This document shows positions 61,401 through 64,000 of a stretch of DNA of 64,000 nt, one piece after another. The notes under the pieces were generated by a model. It was given only the letters and a program-made list of their open reading frames with translations. It was not told the origin of the DNA and did no database searches. Numbering within the stretch: position 1 is the first letter of the stretch; the number at the start of each line of letters is the position of its first letter. The DNA lies in assembly GCA_030141605.1 (NCBI GenBank), contig JAQGDQ010000023.1, forward strand, positions 558,001-622,000. The letters run 5' to 3'. Source of the DNA: Tubiluchus corallicola. Lineage: Eukaryota > Animalia > Priapulida. The position numbers and the translations under genes were made by a program.

Positions 61401-62742
61401 AGGCAACGCAGGATTAACTGACTTGTGTGTAAGATACTTAACTGTTTGGGAGAAGCTAACATGCTTAAAGTTGACTGGCACAAGTATAAGTGTACGTATT
61501 TACTTGATTGTTTATACAAAACAGGAATCTTTTTGATACTTTAAATAACTTAAAAGCAGAAAGGTTATCTGTCTAACCACTAACATTAAAATCATTGGTA
61601 GCATTTTTGAGCAAGGAAGGAACTGACATTGCTATCTTGCATCTTAAAGCTGTTTGGCAAACAAAAGCACTCTTAATAGCAAGATTTGCCATTGCAAACA
61701 TTCCTGAATTTTTTCGTGTTTATTATTATTATTATTTGTGCCTCGTTGTTTTGTCAAAAGTGTGTGAGCTGGGGTCATGAAACTTGTAGGGCTTATAGCC
61801 CTGGGTAGAAGAACGATGGCAATGTTTTGACTTCTGACCAATGATCAAGGGGTCAAGGACACTAGGCGTCAGTCATTTTCTTGTTTTATCATTTATGTTT
61901 TTCATTCAACTTTTCAGGTTATTGGAGTAGATTGTCTGAAAAGTGCTTTGAGTCTAAAAAGTTGTGATGCAGCTGATAAGAGTGCAATATTTGTCAATGA
62001 AGGATGGGCAAAGGATCTAGTTGAATCTTGGCTGTCAAGGTATGACAGCATCATCAAACAAGAAGCTTATGTTCATGGTACAGCCAGGCGATGGTGTAAG
62101 TTGATTATAATCTTAAGTGTTCTTTGATAGGTGTGCCCATGTTAATAAGTGTGTCCATGGGATGCCAATGATATTTTAGCTGCAAAGATAAGAAAAATGT
62201 AATTTATTTTGTGTCTTTCAATGAATAGAACCATAAACATGGAATTTACTAGCATCTCACTTCTATAAAGAGTACAAAAATGTACTGAGTCTGTTTGCTT
62301 TGTTTTTTTTTTCATTTTGTAGGCCTACTCATAACATTTTGCCAATTCTTAACATGGTTTCTAATAAATATAAAAATTTTGGTCAATAAAAATTGTGGCC
62401 AGAGAAGCTAAGTTTATAAGTTGTAACAGCATATAGTTTATTCATTGACGTCAAAAACGTCTTAATTTTCACACTCATTCTTTTGCAGATTCTAGAAGAA
62501 ATAAATTAGACCTTGGTAATGTTGGAAAGCAAATTACCGAAGAAAGCTATGAGAAACAGCCAATTGTTCTAGTCAGAGTGGACAACGTTAACTGTCACCG
62601 TAAGTCATGTAGTGAGTGTGCACAAATAAAAGAAAACCATGGGAACAGAAATCGGAAAAGGAAAAGATCATTTTCATGTGACACCTCTGATCAGGTTTTT
62701 GCTTCCTATCTGCCATTTGTTAAACCTTCTTTGAATAGTTGA
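58477..62742 (+). CDS. LRRC42: Leucine-rich repeat-containing protein 42, ~338 aa
   Basis: Exons 58477-58590, 59420-59535, 60029-60175, 60536-60654, 61403-61491, 61918-62095, 62489-62742. HIDSLIGFP, FSDAY, LTELNVAGCQFGDSHD, LSDRGIQKLTTPLR, NEGWA match recalled vertebrate LRRC42; basic NLS-like RNRKRKR. One GC-AG intron is required. Confidence 0.87.
60846..61073 (+). mobile_element. tRNA-derived SINE (family A)
   Basis: agtctagtggtaatgcgtctgctttccatctgggaggtc head and (att/atc)n tail match the 15094 copy. Confidence 0.75.
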
Positions 62743-64000
62743 CTCAGTGTGACCTGCAGTCACTATCAACAACTCCCAAGACACTGTGGCTGATTAGTAA
62801 AAGTAATGCTTAAAAAAGCTTAGCAATGTTTAGGTCTAACTAATGTTGCCTTGAACAGCATACCTTTTCAATATTTTGACTGTAATTTTGCAATCAAATG
62901 TAAACATTATCCTAAGCTTATTATCATATAGATTTGTAATAGTACTTATTAATGTCCTATCTGTGTTCAGTTGATCTGCTTTTGTTTGGCACAAATAGTG
63001 TACCTGAGACTATGCATACGGCACAAGCAACAATTATTCAACCACGTGTGATGTTATTTTTACTTTTATACACTGTGATCTTGAAGTTGACCCTGAAGAA
63101 TGTTTCTAGTTTCAAACAAAAAAATGGTTCAATTGATGACAAGACACGAGCATTTCTGTATAATGTTTTGTCAATTTTATTAAACAACTTTGCTCCAAAT
63201 ACACAACACACTGCAAGCAAATTCTAAAGACAAAGGGAAGAATTTTACTCTTCATTTTTACGAACAAATAAAGCAAATTTCAGAAAGATACATTTTCATT
63301 TTGACAAAGGAAGTATTCTTTGCGTTTTACCTGCTTTGTACACATTTTTTGGACTCCGCTGAAGGTGTTTTGGTACTGGCTGCTACAGCTATGAAATTTT
63401 TTAATGGTAGAGTCCTGTTCGATTAGCCTGTTATACTTCAAGCGATAACTAAACTTCTATCTACGAAGCACCATAATTACTATCACCTATATATACAGTA
63501 TACAGTAATCTCACTTGCATACAGTTTCTCAAATTAATTTTATTAAAAAAGTAAAATATTTAAATTTAACAACAGCTTAAATTACATGTATATCAAAACA
63601 TTTAATAAAAGTACCTAAGGCAAGTCCTATAAATACACAATTTTATAAATGTGCCAGTTGTGCCTTTACATAGGTAATCCATTCACAGTATGCACAAAAT
63701 AAAGGAATATGCTCATGGTCTTTATTCTTCTATATTGTCCCAAAACCGAGCTATTGATATCTTTATGCTACATTATGCACAACTTGGCCAGTGGCAACCG
63801 TGAAATTTTATTATGAAAGATCGTTCCCGATCATTTCAGTTTAACAACATGTAACTGTGATCATGCTCAATTTAGTATAGATGTTTTTTTCAGAAACCTA
63901 CATAGGTGCAACTGCTAGTTAATTTTATTTCTTGCTTTGGCTACACATCACAGATTGTCTGAATTATCAAGTTGATGAAGCATTACAGGAATATTGTAAC

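Noticed and set aside
62950-64000. Possible 3' end of a convergent gene
   Set aside because: Short ORFs with no recognisable domain or consistent exon chain; more likely UTR or intergenic.

Overview
AT-rich, intron-rich metazoan (invertebrate-like) genomic DNA, not prokaryotic; most ORF-track entries are exon fragments or microsatellite noise. By following GT-AG boundaries and reading frames by hand I reconstructed eight spliced genes. In order: ERAL1 (+, 5' end outside the window), a 4-Cys tetraspanin (+), a secreted CAP/SCP protein with an acidic tail (-), a GPI-type LRR protein (+), a B4GAT1-like GT49 glycosyltransferase (+), a PLP-dependent serine/aspartate racemase-family enzyme (-), COQ3 with an intronless CDS (+) and LRRC42 (+). 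Introns contain a Bel/Pao LTR remnant, LINE fragments, tRNA-derived SINEs, hAT-, mariner- and Kolobok-type MITEs, a foldback element and many micro/minisatellites. Most notable: (1) the racemase has the triple-serine loop typical of invertebrate aspartate racemases, but its catalytic re-face Ser is replaced by Cys (YSCGNH for HSSGNH), with further active-site changes; (2) the racemase and COQ3 are head-to-head around mirrored motif cassettes, and COQ3 may sit in the first intron of LRRC42 and share its non-coding first exon. All gene models and family calls come from manual reading and recalled motifs; no searches were run.
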